From Octopus bimaculoides (Eukaryota), in NCBI RefSeq assembly GCF_001194135.2, contig NC_068993.1, forward strand, positions 52,249,762-52,313,761: DNA of 64,000 bases, in the 5' to 3' direction. The position numbers and the translations under genes were made by a program. Under the pieces are notes generated by a model. That model made no database searches, was not told the origin of the DNA, and saw only the letters and a program-made list of their open reading frames with translations. Of the stretch, positions 50,687 to 63,679 are shown in pieces; position 1 is the stretch's first letter; each line of letters begins with the position of its first letter.

Positions 50687-51543
50687 TTAGGGAAAAGAAC
50701 CAAGTTTCAAGAATTCATCGATGAAAATCCACTATCACATATAGAAAAATTAATAATTAATAGCACAATNNNNNNNNNNTATATATATATATATATATAT
50801 ATATATCTTAATATCAATGTTTGTTTGTATGCCATATAATAATAAAAATAATTTTATATTAAACTGAACGATTACTTAATGCTTTTTGTAGAGAACATAT
50901 TTATTATTCTTTAGCAAAAACAGTGTTGACAGTGACTTCAAAGTTTGTGCCTGCTTACCCCTTCATCAAACAATCCAATGAAGACTAAGCAGCATTGTTC
51001 ATTTCTAGTTTTCTGTGAAAAGCATATCTGGCAAGGGAAACTTTTTATTTTGCTTGGAAACAATTGAGGGTTGGTAACAGGAAGGGTATCCAGCCATAAA
51101 AAAAATCTGCCTCAACAAACTCTATTTAACTTATGCTAGAGAAAGTAGATATTCATTAAGGATAAAGCTTATTCTTCTTAAATTTCCAATCTGAATATGA
51201 ATAACATATAAGCTCTCACTAAAACAAGGCACAAGAATATAGTGGTATAACAATTGTATATGTCATTTATTAATATTTTATAATTATTAGCTCAGTTTTA
51301 ACAAGATTAAAACAGCTTATGTACCACAAGGTCTACTTAAATTCATAGTTGCTACTGAACAAAGCATTTACAGCGTTTAAAGATTCTGGAAAATTCTTGC
51401 AAAAATTAATCACTTCTGTACTTGTAGCATGGAAAAATGGAATATGTGTTGTTTTTTTTTAAAGACAACTCTTGGTAGTTTAAATATTTCAAATGCAATA
51501 ATTTCTTTAAACATTTGCATTATAACAGAATTGAGCTGCCTTG

Positions 51544-51579
<36 letters not shown>

Positions 51580-51758
51580 CGAAAGAGAGAGAGAGAGAGA
51601 CGAAAGAGAGAGAGAGAGACGAAAGAGAGAGAGAGAGACGAAAGAGAGAGAGAGAGAGAGATATTATTATTATTATCATCATCATCATTATTATTATATC
51701 ATTATTATTATTACTATTACTACTCCTAACTGTCTCAATGATGACAAAGCAATAATCT

Positions 51759-51839
<81 letters not shown>

Positions 51840-52321
51840 TACATATGTACACATATATGAACAGCGATTTGGAAAACTACTATGATGTATTGGGAATAAA
51901 CGAAATACAGGAAGAAAAGACTAAACATTTACCTTGAAACATTTAATAATCCTCAGAGTTCAGCAAAACCATATTTAGGATTATTTAATGCCTTAAGATA
52001 AAAGTTTTGTCTTTGTTCTTTCTTTATGTTTAATCTTTTCCAAACTGCATTGCCATGGCTTTCCAAATCACTGTTTTTCATGTTCCACATTGCTTCAAAC
52101 GAATTATGACACACAAATGTAAGTGTGTGTGTGTGTGTGCACGCATGCATGTGTGCGTGCGTGTGAGCTTTGTTTCAGAAATGAAAGGAAACTGAAGATG
52201 AAAAGCAGAGTAGATATGATTTAGTTTTTCATTAGCTTTGAATAACTACAGGAGTTTCTCAGGAACTTAGATGCTTGTACCAAAGCACTTTCCAAAAGTA
52301 AACTGAAAAATATAAAGAACA

Positions 52322-52705
52322 TATCTTTTACTTGTGGCCATGCTGGGGCACTGCCTTGAAGAATTTTTAGTCGAATGTATCAGTACCAGTACTTATATTT
52401 TTTTTAAAACCTAGTACTTATTCTATTGGTCGCTTTTGCTAAATTCCTAAGTTATGGGGACATAAACACACCAGTACTAGTTGTCAAGCAGTGCTGGAAG
52501 GACAAACACAGACACAAAGACACACACACACCCACAGATATACATGCATACATACATATACACAACAGGCTTCTTTCTGTTTCTGTCTTACAAATCCACT
52601 CACAAGGTAGTAGAAAACACTTGCCCAAGGTGCCATGCAGTGGGACTGAACCGGGAACCATGTGGTTGGGAAGTAAGCTTCTTACTACACAGCCACACTT
52701 GTGCC
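52322..52705 (-). mobile_element. SINE family A, full length
   Basis: Tail-body-head on the minus strand. Confidence 0.8.
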
Positions 52706-52735
52706 TAGCTTTGAATAACTACAGGAATTTCTCAG

Positions 52736-52915
52736 AGATGCTGAAAAGTTCCTGGCTTTAAGGATATTATGAAAGGCTTGGTTGGAGGCCCAACTTTCTG
52801 AGTGCTTTTACAGGGCTTAGAGAAACTGAAGGACCACTGCAATAAGTGTGTGAATCTGAGAGGGGAATATGTCGTATAAAATAATAATTAACCAATCCTC
52901 CTGTATTTTCTTTGC
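52736..52915 (+). mobile_element. Mariner-derived MITE, partial
   Basis: GATGCTGAAAAGTTCCTGGCTTT TIR; retains GLEKLKDHCNKCVNLRGEYV, a transposase C-terminus; inverted relative to 53648-53864. Confidence 0.75.
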
Positions 52916-53118
52916 TTTCATGTTCTGAGTTCAAATTCTGCCAAGGTTGACTTTCCCTTTCATCCTTTTCGGGTTGATAAAATAATTACCACTTGAATAC
53001 TGTGGTCAATGTAATCGACTATACCCCTCCCACAAAATTTTAGGCCTTGTGCTTTTAGCAGAAAGAATTATTATTATATATAGTAGTAGAGGTTGTAGTA
53101 GTGGTGGTGGTGGTGGTG

Positions 53119-53162
<44 letters not shown>

Positions 53163-53451
53163 TGTAGTAGTGATGAAATCCTTTGCTGTTACACTGGAAA
53201 TATTTGTCACATTGTTGTTGGTGCACAAACGTCCATAGTCCACTCTTAATTTCTGACAATAGTTGGTTGTTTATTGAATTCTACTTGGCACCGTATATTG
53301 CAGTCTATTCTGAAATCTAAAATCAATACTATTATGAAGCCTGCATCTTCTTATTGCTTAGCCATCCACAATTGTTGTGAAACTTCCAATACTAACACAT
53401 AGTGCTAGGAGAATTTACTGTAGCTGGATATCATTTTATCTTCCTTCTTAG

Positions 53452-53492
53452 CAAAAATTAGAATCACCTCAACCTCTGTCTTTCTTTCTTTG
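53452..53492 (+). CDS. Candidate 41-nt exon (frame ambiguous: QKLESPQPLSFFL or KIRITSTSVFLSL)
   Basis: TTTTATCTTCCTTCTTAG acceptor and TTG|GTAAGA donor; alternative donor AAG|GTAAAT at 53520. Confidence 0.35.
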
Positions 53493-53540
53493 GTAAGACA
53501 ACTATCACAGAAAACCAAAGGTAAATCTTAATGCATATAG

Positions 53541-53619
<79 letters not shown>

Positions 53620-53647
53620 CATACATACATATACATGTGTACATATA

Positions 53648-53864
53648 TGAGGGAGCACTGAAAAGTTCCAGGCTTTGGATAAAAGAAAATACAGGAGGAG
53701 CAGTTAATTATGATTTTGTTCAACATATTCCACTCTTGGATTCACACACCTATTGCAGCAGTCCTTCAGTTTTTCTAAGCCCTGTAAATGAACTCAGAAG
53801 GTTTGTCCCCCAACCAAGCTTTTCATGATGCCCTGAAAGCCAGGAACTTTTCAGCACTCCATTG
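53648..53864 (-). mobile_element. Complete mariner-derived MITE (217 bp)
   Basis: TIRs TGAGGGAGCACTGAAAAGTTCCAGGCTTT / AAAGCCAGGAACTTTTCAGCACTCCATTG, flanked by TA on both sides. Confidence 0.85.
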
Positions 53865-54012
53865 TACATCATATATGCATTGTGTATGGATTATGTTGTT
53901 GTTGTTGACATTTAGGTTTTAGTCTACAAACTCTTACTCAGAACATGCAGATCTATGACTCAAAGGTATTCCAGTTGTGACCATCCTGGATTTTTGTTTG
54001 TTTATATGTATA

Positions 54013-54061
<49 letters not shown>

Positions 54062-54439
54062 TAGCACTCCATCAGTTGCAATGATGAGAGTTACAGTTGA
54101 TCCAATCAAAGGAACAGCCTGCTCGTGAAATTAACATGCAAGTGGCTGAGCACTCCACAGACACGTGTACCCTGAATGTAGTTCTCAGAGAGATTCAGCA
54201 TGACACAGAATGTGACAAGACTGGCCCTTTGAAATACAAGTACAACAGAAACAAGAAGAAAGAGCAAGAGGAAGGTGTGGTGAAAGAGTACAGCAGGGTT
54301 CGCCACCACACCCTGTTGGAGCCTTGTGGAACTTTAGGTGTTTCTGCTCAATAAACACTCACAACGCCCAGTCTGGGAATCAAAACCGTGATCCTACAAC
54401 CGCAAGTCCGCTTCCCTAACCACTGGGCCATTGTGCCTC

Positions 54440-54440
<1 letters not shown>
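54062..54440 (-). mobile_element. tRNA-headed SINE, family E
   Basis: Minus strand begins GGAGGCACAATGGCCCAGTGGTTAGGG..GATTCCCAGACTGGGCG; distinct body containing GTGGAGTGCTCAGCCACTTGCATGTTAATTTCACGAGCAGGCTGTTCC. Confidence 0.75.
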
Positions 54441-54477
<37 letters not shown>

Positions 54478-55321
54478 CAGTTGAATAAAGCTAAAACATG
54501 GTCTGGTTTTCACATTTTTTATTCACAATGAGTGAAATTTGTAAAGATATGGTATAGGTGTATGTGTGTGTACACATTCATGGACATAAACATACCACGC
54601 TACTCACACACTCTCTCTCACACACACAAGCACACACACACACACACACGCACAATACATGCACTGTGAATCGTTAGAGAATTGAGGTCTACAGTAGAAA
54701 ATATTAATAACTAATTTATCTGTTAATTGGTGTATTATGTTATCTATTAGGTCTAATTACTGCCAAATTTTTATTATTTGTGATATACGTCATTCAATGT
54801 TGATGTGTGAATGCAAGTAGCCAAATGGATTCAGTGGTGAGTGTTATGGGTCAGAAATTAAAATTCATTGCATTATGTAGTTAGAATGTTCTGCTCACAA
54901 ATGCATAGCTTGGAGTTTGATCTCATTGTGCAATACCAATGGGTAAATGTTTTCTACCTTAATTCTTGCGAAATTTGATGGGCAGATATTGCTGCGTGCA
55001 GACTCAATGGAGGGACCATTCCTGCTCTTGAGTATTAGATTTAATCTGTTGCCATTTTAGCTCTGCCAACTAGCCCTTGGCTACCTTGAATGCAGTCGAT
55101 TTTGTTTGCAAGAACAAATGCTTGCAACAAAGTCTCTTATCTGAGGATGACTCTTTTCCTTTACTTTTGTATATATTATATATACATATATAATGATGAT
55201 ATATATATACACATACACACACATATATATATATATATATATACAGGCACACATATGCAGATACATACTCACACACATATATATGCATATATATATATAT
55301 ATTCTTCTATTCTTTTTTTTT

Positions 55322-55700
55322 TGTTTTTACTTGTTTCAGTCATTTAACTGCAGCCATGCTGGAGCACTGCCTTCAGTCAAGCAAATTGACCCCAGGACTT
55401 ATTCTTTGTAAGCCTAGTACTTATTCCATCGATCTATTTTGCCGAACTGCTAAGTTGTGGGGACGTAAACACACCAACATCGGTAGTCAAATGATGGTGA
55501 GAGGACAAGCACAGACACATAAATAAATACATACATATATATGATGGGCTTCTTTCAGTTTCTGTCTACCAAATCCACTCACAAGGCATTGGTCGGCCTG
55601 AGGCTATAGTAGAAGACATTTGCCCAAAGTGCCATGCAGTGGGACTGAACACAGAACCATGTGGTTGGGAAGCAAGCTTCTTACCAGACTGCCACTCCTG
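55322..55700 (-). mobile_element. SINE family A, full length
   Basis: Tail-body-head on the minus strand. Confidence 0.85.
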
Positions 55701-56479
55701 CACCTATATGTACACACACACACACATACATATGTATGCATATATGTATATATATATATGCATTTATATATGCGTATATTTATGTATATATTTATATGCA
55801 TATATATATATATTTATATGTATATATACATGTGTATGTATATTTATGTGTGTATGCACACACACTCATACACACTTATATATACACACACATATAAATA
55901 TGTACTCACACATAGAGACATACTCATAGCATATAGACCTGTGTATACTATGCAATAGTTTGTTTTAGCTTTAAAAAACAGAAAAAAGAAGAAGCCAGCA
56001 GAAAAGACATCCATATTTAATACACAATTTTGCTTGAAGTAAAATCTACCAGAACTTTTTTTTTTTTTTTTTGTAAAATTGTAATTTTGGGTTTTAAAAA
56101 ATTTTTTTTTTCCTTATTTATTATAATCAATCAATATCATCCACCGTTATCAGACATCGAAATCACTTTCTATCCATTGTTCACTTACATTTGTTTCATC
56201 ATCATCAATTTCTTTTTGCCCATATACCATCATCTTATGATCCATCACTCATAATACATTATTATNNNNNNNNNNNNNNNNNNNNNNNNNNNNNNNNNNN
56301 NNNNNNNNNNNNNNNNNNNNNNNNNNNNNNNNNNNNNNNNNNNNNNNNNNNNNNNNNNNNNNNNNNNNNNNNNAAAATTTGCCTGAAGCAGTAATGTCAT
56401 GGTTGTGATTAGCCATGTATTCAGCATATTTATAACATATATTGTTGGAATTGAATAAGCTTTTCTTCATAGTCTTTAG

Positions 56480-56541
56480 GCAGATGTTGACATACAGTGG
56501 TTGCATAACAGAGGCTAATAGAATGACGATTCATAAAATGT
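56480..56541 (+). CDS. Candidate exon (QMLTYSGCITEANRMTIHKM)
   Basis: CTTTTCTTCATAGTCTTTAG acceptor, TGT|GTAAGC donor, one open frame (phase 2 to 1). Confidence 0.45.
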
Positions 56542-56793
56542 GTAAGCCAATTACAACTTGCTTTGAAATAAGAATTAACAATCAAAGCATTGCTTCAGTT
56601 TTAAATTTTCAATACTCATCATGTTTGTTTGTTTTTTTTTAGTATTTTTTTTTTTTTTTTGGTATTAACCAGAAGGTATCATCAAAGAGAAGTGATTAGT
56701 CTTGCTACTTGCTAATAGTGGTGATTTTATGTTCCACACATGATGTAGGGCTTTTTTGGAAGAAGAGCTTTATGATGAGCAAAATCATCATTG

Positions 56794-56826
<33 letters not shown>

Positions 56827-58299
56827 TAATCATTTTCATGTAATGTCCACATTCCACATTGGCATGGATTCAGTGGTTCGACAGGGAGCTGACAAGAGGA
56901 CTGCATTAAGGTCTGCAGTCTGTTTTGGTGTGGTTTCTACTGCTGGATGCCCTTAATTCCATTTGGTGAAGTAATTCTTTTGTTTATCATACTGCTAAAT
57001 GATTACTGCAGTGTCGTCCTTCCATAGATACTCATTTTAGCTTGTTTAAATTTTAGGTTATTTTCTATAATATGTTTACTTATCATACCCAGTTCACTTT
57101 ATAATACATTTACAAGTCTACATTAAGGGCCACAAAGACAGTTTTTCTTTCTTGTCCTTAAGAGTTACATAAGCTTTATGCATGACTGAACATTCTTCTC
57201 TGTCATCTATTTTTAGCTTGATCGCTTATATTTGTGCTTTTCTCTTAATGTTACTCTGTGTTAGGATTTGGGTTTTTTTTATTGTCATTTATGTGTTTTT
57301 GGTATATTATTTGAAAAGAATTTGAAATATGAGGAGTAGTCAGTTTCATATATGTTGTTTTGTTTTATCAACACGTATGTGACTGTGACCAGAGCTCCAC
57401 CCTAATAGCTTTGATGCCAATGTTTAAGAGGTCTTGGAAGTTATTTGGATGGTCTCTACGCTTTACCTATTTAGTCAAAGCTGTCTAATTATATATAAAT
57501 CACTAAATTAGTATATGCCGGATGTGTGAGTGTATTTGTGCGTGTGTGCGTGTGTGTGTGTGTGTAGCTGATATGTATCAGTGAAGGATGTCATTGTTCA
57601 CAATCATCACATCATGTCAAGATTTGGGTGGGTATACATAAACACACACACACACACACATACACATTCACACATTCATTCGGCCATTCATACATATGTA
57701 CATACATATATACAAACATATATATGTGTATATTTATTTATATATATAAAGTGTTTTCTTTCTGTTTTCATCTTCTAAATCCACTCACAAGTGTTGGGTG
57801 AGCTCAGAGCTCTAATAGAAGACACTTGCCCAAAATTTCATGTAGTGGGACTGAATCCAAGATATATTCACACATATGTATTTCTCTGTGTGTGTATTTA
57901 CATGTATGTATGCCTGCATGGTTGCATACACACGCATGCGCACGCACACAGACAGACACACACACACACACTGATAGATTTGTTCCTGCTGAACAAACTC
58001 TTTTAATGACATTTGAGTGGACCTGTAGGGAGATGAGTAACTCATGATTCCAAACACTGTGAGCAGATGCATGGCTGAAGCTCTGAAAAAAAATGAATAA
58101 TTACAGCATATAAAATACTTGACTTGAGATTGATTGTTGAGGGAAACCTTACAAGAGCATACTTCCTGGATATCATCATGCTTAAACTAAACTCCAAATC
58201 ATATACTTTTATGAAGTAGCTGCCAGAAGATTGATAGTGCTCATAATTTTTGTAGATCCTATCAGATTGGAGGGATCAATGATGTTAATACTTGCATAG

Positions 58300-58697
58300 T
58301 ATAAGGTGTCAAGGGCAAAATGCTTAACGGAATTTAGTCCATCTTTACATCCTGAGTTCAAATTCTCCTGAGATTGACTTTATGTCAAACCAAACTGGGG
58401 TTGATTTGACTTACTCCTCCCACGAAATTGCTAGCCTTGTGCCAAAATTTGAAATCAGTATTTGGGTAGTATATGGTAGCAAGCTAGTAGAATTGTTAAC
58501 ATGCCAGGCAATGCTTAGGTGGTATTCAGTTTGTCTTTACATTCTGAGTTCAAATTCCACTGAGGTCAGTTTTGCCTGTCATCCTATTAGGATTGATAAA
58601 ATAAGTACCAGTTAAACTCTGGGGATCAATGTAATCAGACTTACCCCCATCCTGAAATTACTGGCCTTGTGTCAAAATTTGAAATCAGTATTTGGGT
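58300..58697 (+). mobile_element. Tandem SINE family B dimer sharing the same 3' flank
   Basis: GCCTTGTG(C/T)CAAAATTTGAAATCAGTATTTGGGT ends both units, ~231 bp apart. Confidence 0.65.
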
Positions 58698-59097
58698 GGT
58701 AAGTTCCAGAGGTTAGCATTTACAGAATAATTATGGGCAAGAAGAGGAATTCTAAAAGATTACAATTTGGGGAAAGAAATTATTGGGAAAAGTATTTAAT
58801 TTAGAATCAGTGATGTAAGATACTGAAGGATTGATGAGAGAATGAAGAAAAAGGCATGTTGAGTGGGTTTGGATAGAGTTGGTGTGTAACTTAATTGTTT
58901 TCTCATACATTTTACAAGGGGTGTGTAGGAAGAGGAAGAGAGATGGAGGAAGATAGGGGAAAACTTGAGGCTGGTTGATGAATGACTGCAGAAGATGGCA
59001 GGAAGAAGTTGCATCTCTTGTTGTGCATCCACAACCCCCATCCCCGTCCCCACCCCACCCAAAATTTGGAGTTTGATTGATTGATTTGTTCTTTTTT

Positions 59098-59515
59098 TCT
59101 TTAACATGCTTCAGTCGTTTGACTGCAACGATACTGGGACACCACCTTAAAGGGTTTTGGTCGAAGAAATCGACTCCACGACTTATCCGTAGTAAACCTA
59201 GTACTTATTCTATCGGTCTCTTTTGTTGAACCGCCAAGTTATGGGGACATAAACACACCACCATCAATTGTCAAGTGATAGTGGGAGGAACAATCGCAGA
59301 CACAAAGACACACACACATAAATACACAAACACACACTTACGACAGTCTTCTTTCAGTTTCCATCTATCAAATCCCCTCAAAAGTCTTTAGTCAGCCCGA
59401 GGCTATAGAAAAAGACACTTGCCCAAGGTGTCGCCTGCCCAAGGTGTCACGCGGTGAGACTGAACCCAGAACCATGTGGTTGAGAAGCAAGCTTCTTACC
59501 ACACAGCCATGCCTG
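59098..59515 (-). mobile_element. SINE family A, full length, with a short internal duplication (TGCCCAAGGTGTC x2)
   Basis: Direct inspection. Confidence 0.8.
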
Positions 59516-60036
59516 TTGGGTGACAATAGAAGTCTAACCAAATATTGAAATAACTGAATTCACCAGGTTTCCAATATTTAAGGGGTTTCACTCAATCAGG
59601 TTTCCACAAGTCATCTACGATAAAATTTGATCATACAGTTGATGGTTTTGCAGTTTCTAATGGCAGTAAGTTCGTTGAAGCATAAATCACAAAATAAGTC
59701 ATTATATAACAATCTACGTTCATTTCATGGAAAGTGATGTTGCTAATATCATAGATAGTCACCTGCTTGTGAGTAATGTTACACTGAATAATATTATTGT
59801 ACACTTTACTATTACGCCATTACTAAATATATTCAAATGTCTGTGATGATGTGATGATGATGATGATGGTAGTAACAATGTTTGCAATGAATGCTAACAA
59901 TACATATAACAATGATAATGGTAATAAATGTATTAATTGCTCTTTTATCCTGTTACTTCTCATTGTGGAAGAGTCTGTCAGTACTTCTTTCTTAGCCAAA
60001 TTACTGCAAGACATAAGTTCTTTTCTTCTATTCTAG

Positions 60037-60132
60037 TTTATTTGTACACCTTGCAGCAATTCTGCTCACAATGAAGCTTGTACTTATGAAAAATCTTCAC
60101 TGATTGGCAGAACCCATTTACTAAAAGAATGT
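60037..60132 (+). CDS. Candidate exon (FICTPCSNSAHNEACTYEKSSLIGRTHLLKEC[VDIK]), GAF-A-like
   Basis: TTCTTTTCTTCTATTCTAG acceptor; only the phase 0 frame is open; donors GTAGAC (60132) or GTATTT (60146). Confidence 0.45.
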
Positions 60133-60591
60133 GTAGACATCAAATGGTATTTGTTAAAGTAAAGTGCACTTGCCTTTATAATGGTTAGAACAAATGAATA
60201 AGTTGTTGAACAATAAACTCCTAACAGAGAGCAGTTGATGTCCAGACATAATAATAAGAAATATAGAAACAGTGAATATTCATTTTCAAATATAATAACA
60301 AACCAAAAGTAATAGCACTAAATTCACTATCTGTTGTAAACTGCTACTTTGTGATATGATTAAAGCATTGTAGAGCATCCTGTATATGTATGTGAGTGTC
60401 TGTTGTGAGTGTTTTGCAAATAGCTTTTTTCTGTATTATGATTAAAAAATATCATAGCATACTCTCTATATATTTGAGTGTTTTATATATGTACAAACAG
60501 ACACAGCTGTGTGGTTAGGAAATTTACTTTGCCATCATGAAGACCTCTGTTTTAACCATGTTGTGATATTTTAGGTATCTTCAACTATAGG

Positions 60592-60902
60592 AATATGGCT
60601 CAGTGGTTAGGGTGTCAGGCTCACAACAATGAGGTTGTGAGTTCGATTTCAAAACTGGGCTATGTGTTGTGTTCTTGAGCAAGAGATTTTATTCCATGTT
60701 GCTCCAGTTCACTGAGCCGTAGAAATGAGTTGCGACGTCACTGATGCCAAGCTGTATCGGCCTTTGTCTTTCCCTTGGATAACATTAGTGGCATGGAGAG
60801 GGGAGACTGGACTGCTGGTCTTCCACTAGCAACCTTGCTTGGACTTGTGCCTTGGAGGGTAACTTTCTAGGTGCAATCCCATGGTCATTCATGGTCTTTA
60901 CT
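60592..60902 (+). mobile_element. SINE family D, full length
   Basis: GGCTCAGTGGTTAGGGTG head, TGTTCTTGAGCAAG core, TGCAATCCCATGGTCATTCATGGTCTTTAC tail. Confidence 0.8.
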
Positions 60903-61007
60903 TATTACAACTATAATTAGTTCTTTCTGTGCTATGGGGCACATAAGGCCACAGTATGATCTCTCCAACCATCTGTTTTCTACAGCTGCTTTGGTTTCAT
61001 TCTAGCT

Positions 61008-61266
61008 CAGTGGTTCTTATCTGTGGTCAGTATGGCCCTAAAGGGTCCATGTAAAACTTTTGTTGTTCAAATTTATCTCCAATAAATCGGTTATACTTTT
61101 ACTAGACACAAAATGTTATGATAATTATTTTGAAACAGTTCCTAATAATATTTAATTATAAAAATATAATAAGATTTTTTTTTAATATTGAATGGTTAGG
61201 AGGGCCCACTAGAGTAAAACAGGAATCACAGGGGTCCATAGGTAAAAAAATGGTTGAAAAACACTG
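61008..61266. mobile_element. Complete hAT-Charlie MITE (259 bp)
   Basis: Ends CAGTGGTTCTTATC / GGTTGAAAAACACTG with a perfect 8-bp TSD TTCTAGCT (61000-61007 and 61267-61274), matching the Charlie NTCTAGAN preference. Confidence 0.9.
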
Positions 61267-62570
61267 TTCTAGCTTCTCCACCTTTCTTGTATCCTTTCCC
61301 TGTCAATGGTCCTTCACCATGTGCTTTTATAGCACATGGTGGTGTAGGTGATGGTGTTGGTGTTGGTGTTGGCACTGGTGAGAATGATGATAATGATGAT
61401 GATGATGATGGGGTAGGGATATTGTTGATGGTGTTGGCAGTGGTGGTGGCGGCAGCGGTGGCAGCAGTGGTGGTATTGGTGGTGGTAGTTATAAGCAGTG
61501 AGCATGATGATGATGGCGACGACAATAGTCTCCTTCTAAAGATCAACAGACAGAGATGAATAATGTCAAGGTGTGTTGCAACGTTTGTTTGTATTAGGGT
61601 TTAAACCTATAGATCATCAATCAATCAGTAGTTCAATGTCAAACTGTTCAGCCATATTGAAAGGTTGATCACTGGTTCTGAAATATGGTGCTACCATTTA
61701 TCATTGACCTTTCTTGCTTTTGTTCTGTAACCTCAGATCAGCCCTGATTGAGCAGAACTATGATCAAAGCCAGTCAAATGATATTTTCCTTTTTCAAGTA
61801 TGTCTAGGACTATATCGTTCAATATGTTCCTTCCTTTTATTTTTTTTTTATATATATATGGATGCAGGCATTGGTGTGTGGTTAAGAAGCTTGTTTTACA
61901 TCAATATGGTTCCAGGTTCAGTTCCACCATGTGACACCTTGGGCAAGTGTCTTCTACTATGGCCCCATATTGATCAATGCCTTGTGCGTGGATTTGGTAG
62001 CTGGGAACTGTGTAGAAGTTTGTTGTATGTGTGTGTTTCTAGAGTAAGAAAAGTGCAAGCATGACGATGTTGTTATTTACATATATTACTTTTTCACATC
62101 CCAAATCTCGACCACGTAAATTATGCTAGATGACTTAAACACTACAATGGTCAAAAGAAAACAAAAACGAAACAAAAAAAAAACAGTCAAAACACACAAC
62201 TGAATGCACAAGAGGAAAACAAAAATGAACAGTATAGTGAACAATTAATTATTGGAAGAAAATGACTCATAACAAAGGAAATCATTTGGAAGACGGTTAC
62301 CGTGATGACAACAAGTGCATTAGTGCTTCTTTCGTGATTTCAAATACTGTGCATCATTCATATAGCAGCTGACCTTCCCTCAATACAGGACAGATGGAAT
62401 TTTTAGATGCACCACCATTACAAGGAATAGAGCTGTTTGTTGGTGGGATAATGTTGTAAAATCAAACAGTATTTCTTTGACCACAGTTGATAGTCCAGAA
62501 GAGGGAAAAGAGCAAAATTATATACCTTTGATAGTGAAAGGATGGAAGTGGATTAACTTTTCCCTTCTCC

Positions 62571-62601
<31 letters not shown>

Positions 62602-63648
62602 CTTGTGTGTATGTGCACGTGTGTGTGTGTGTGTGTGTGTATAACTGTTGTATTATTGTCTCCTTGCCTTGGCATCATGTGGTGGTTGTTAGCAAATGTC
62701 ACTGTGATGCAAGCTGTGTCCTTTATTTTTAGTCTCCAGTGAAAATATGTCTGACCATGGGGGAAAAGGTTACCTTGGTTGTAAACAGGTGAGAGTTAGT
62801 AACAGGAAGGGCATCCAACTGTAGAAAATCTGCCGCAACAAATTCCATCCAATCTATCCAAGCATGGAATAGTTGATGTTAAAAAAAAACCCTAATGATT
62901 TTATGCATAAATAATTGTTTATGGTTAGGTATTATTGATCCTGTGTATTTGCTACAATCAAATTTGTTTCTGATTTTAACCCAGAACTTTTGAGCCACTG
63001 TCAGATTTTACTCTTGTTTACTTACCCTCTGTTGAATTTTGTAGCATATTAGTCATGGAATAGTTTTTCTCTCTGATTTTCTTAAGTATATTTTGGAAAT
63101 CCATTTTTTTCTCTCTTTGTTCTTGTAATTTTTTTCTGCAGTCTATAGTAAGTTTCTAGCTTTTTATTTCTTTATTCTTTCCTTATATATTGAGTAAAGC
63201 ATTTTCTTTTTCCCTTTTTATTTTCTTCATTGCACTAATCAGTTTCCTTCCTCTGGCTTCTAAGAATTTCTCAATCCCACTGTTGCTACTTTATAGTAGT
63301 TCTCTGTTTGTATCAGACTTTATTCTTCTTGTGTGTGTGAAAGCGGTACAAGTCTTCAGGGAAAGATATTTTACAAAATGGAACAAGACTTCTTTTGAGC
63401 CCAAAGGAGAAATCTTCAATTAAATCTTTTGTATAAAGATAATGGTATATAATACGAAAATTTAATGTAGCAGTTTTCCCTTCTTTGTTGAAAAATATGA
63501 TTGTATAGGCACTTGCATAGCTATATGGTTAAGAAGGTCACTTTGAAACCACATGTTTTCAGGTTCAGTCCTGGGCAAGAATCTGTTCCTATTATAGCCT
63601 TGGGTCAACCAATGCTTTGTGAATTTAGTAGATGGAAACAGTGAGGAA

Positions 63649-63679
<31 letters not shown>

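Noticed and set aside
51930-52110. Minus-strand frame NSFEAMWNMKNSDLESHGNAVWKRLN.. ending near a GTAAAT donor
   Set aside because: In-frame stop before the donor, no acceptor and no recognisable family.
62366-62580. Long ATG-less open frame beginning at an AG (QLTFPQYRTDGIFRC..)
   Set aside because: No strong donor, it runs into (TG)n, and there is no clear homology, so it was left out of the gene model.
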